From Eledone cirrhosa (taxonomy: Eukaryota), in assembly GCA_964016885.1 (NCBI GenBank), contig OZ024750.1, forward strand, positions 31,868,001 to 31,932,000: DNA of 64,000 nucleotides, in the 5' to 3' direction. This document shows positions 63,270 to 64,000 of this stretch, piece after piece. The notes under the pieces are model-generated. The model was not told the DNA's origin and did not search any database. It saw nothing but the letters and a program-made list of their open reading frames with translations. Each line of letters starts with the position of its first letter. Within the stretch, counting starts at the first letter, position 1. The position numbers were made by a program, and so were the translations under genes.

Positions 63270-63650
63270 CAGAATCGTTAGAGTGTCAGACACCATGCTT
63301 TGAAGCATAGAGTTATGCCCCTTTACGGTCGGGATTCAAATCCTGCCGAGGTTAACTTTGCCTTTCATCCTTACGAGGTCGATAACATAAAGTACTGGGG
63401 TCGATTTAATCGACTTTGCCCTCCCCCAGAATTGCTGGCCTTGTGCCTATATAAGAAACCATTATTATTATTATTATGAGGGTGGTGGATTGGCAGTATC
63501 GGTAGAGCGCCGAAGACCCTGCTTTGCAGCAAATATTTACGACCCTTTACGTTCTGAGTTCCAACCCAGTCGAAGTGAACTTTGCCTTTCATCAACTTTT
63601 CCCTCCCTTTCAAATTGCTGGCCTTGTGCCTAAAGTGGAAACAATTATTA
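63270..63650 (+). mobile_element. Two adjacent SINE family 2 copies (63270-63460, 63481-63650)
   Basis: AACTTTGCCTTTCATC and AATTGCTGGCCTTGTGCCTA blocks, each followed by a (TTA)n tail. Confidence 0.78.
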
Positions 63651-64000
63651 CTAGTATGATTATTATTCGTCTTGTGTCTTGTACTACTAGTACCTCTGTT
63701 TCGTGGTTGTCTACCTCATGTTGTACATATTTACTGATGGGATGATTCTGCCTATGTTTTAGCTTGATGGATCCAACAGATGATACAATCTTGCGGTGTC
63801 ATTTCTCTCAGATTTCGTGCCAAATCTCTCAGAAATCAAAAAGAAAATTCGAAAATCGGAAATAAATTATAAATAATTTTATATGGTCCTAATATAAAAT
63901 CTGACAGAATAAAAGTCACTATGATCACTTCTCAGATTCGTGATTAATTATATCAAACACACATGAATATAACCTTCTCAAATGACATTTGGGAATGTAC

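Overview
This is an AT-rich animal genomic window, probably from an octopus or other cephalopod (inferred from the SINE types, the very long (TA)n arrays and the GPCR). It holds one clear host gene, a class-A neuropeptide GPCR of the NPY/NPF/PrRP-receptor type (54583-55842) whose coding region has no intron. Most of the rest is (TA)n microsatellite carrying Penelope-like retroelements (PLEs). Three young families have RT and/or GIY-YIG coding sequence; A and B look Naiad-like and C is probably related. There is also a second PLE lineage, several decayed relics, and at least five non-coding 0.2-0.55 kb hammerhead-ribozyme (HHR) elements with the same partial-tandem or inverted pseudo-LTR layout. 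Main observation: the autonomous families and the non-coding HHR elements look unrelated in sequence, yet share a small hairpin, 5'-RCUC-[stem-loop]-UN-GAGY-3', between the ribozyme and the 3' end joined to (TA)n. It is a candidate RT-recognition signal linking (TA)n-targeting helper PLEs to retrozyme-like parasites. Two HHRs have a U3-A8 covariant core. Also present are tRNA-derived SINEs, a Tx1-like LINE end inside (GATA)n and fold-back elements. Nearly all short ORFs in the supplied track are microsatellite artefacts. All alignments and folds were done by eye.
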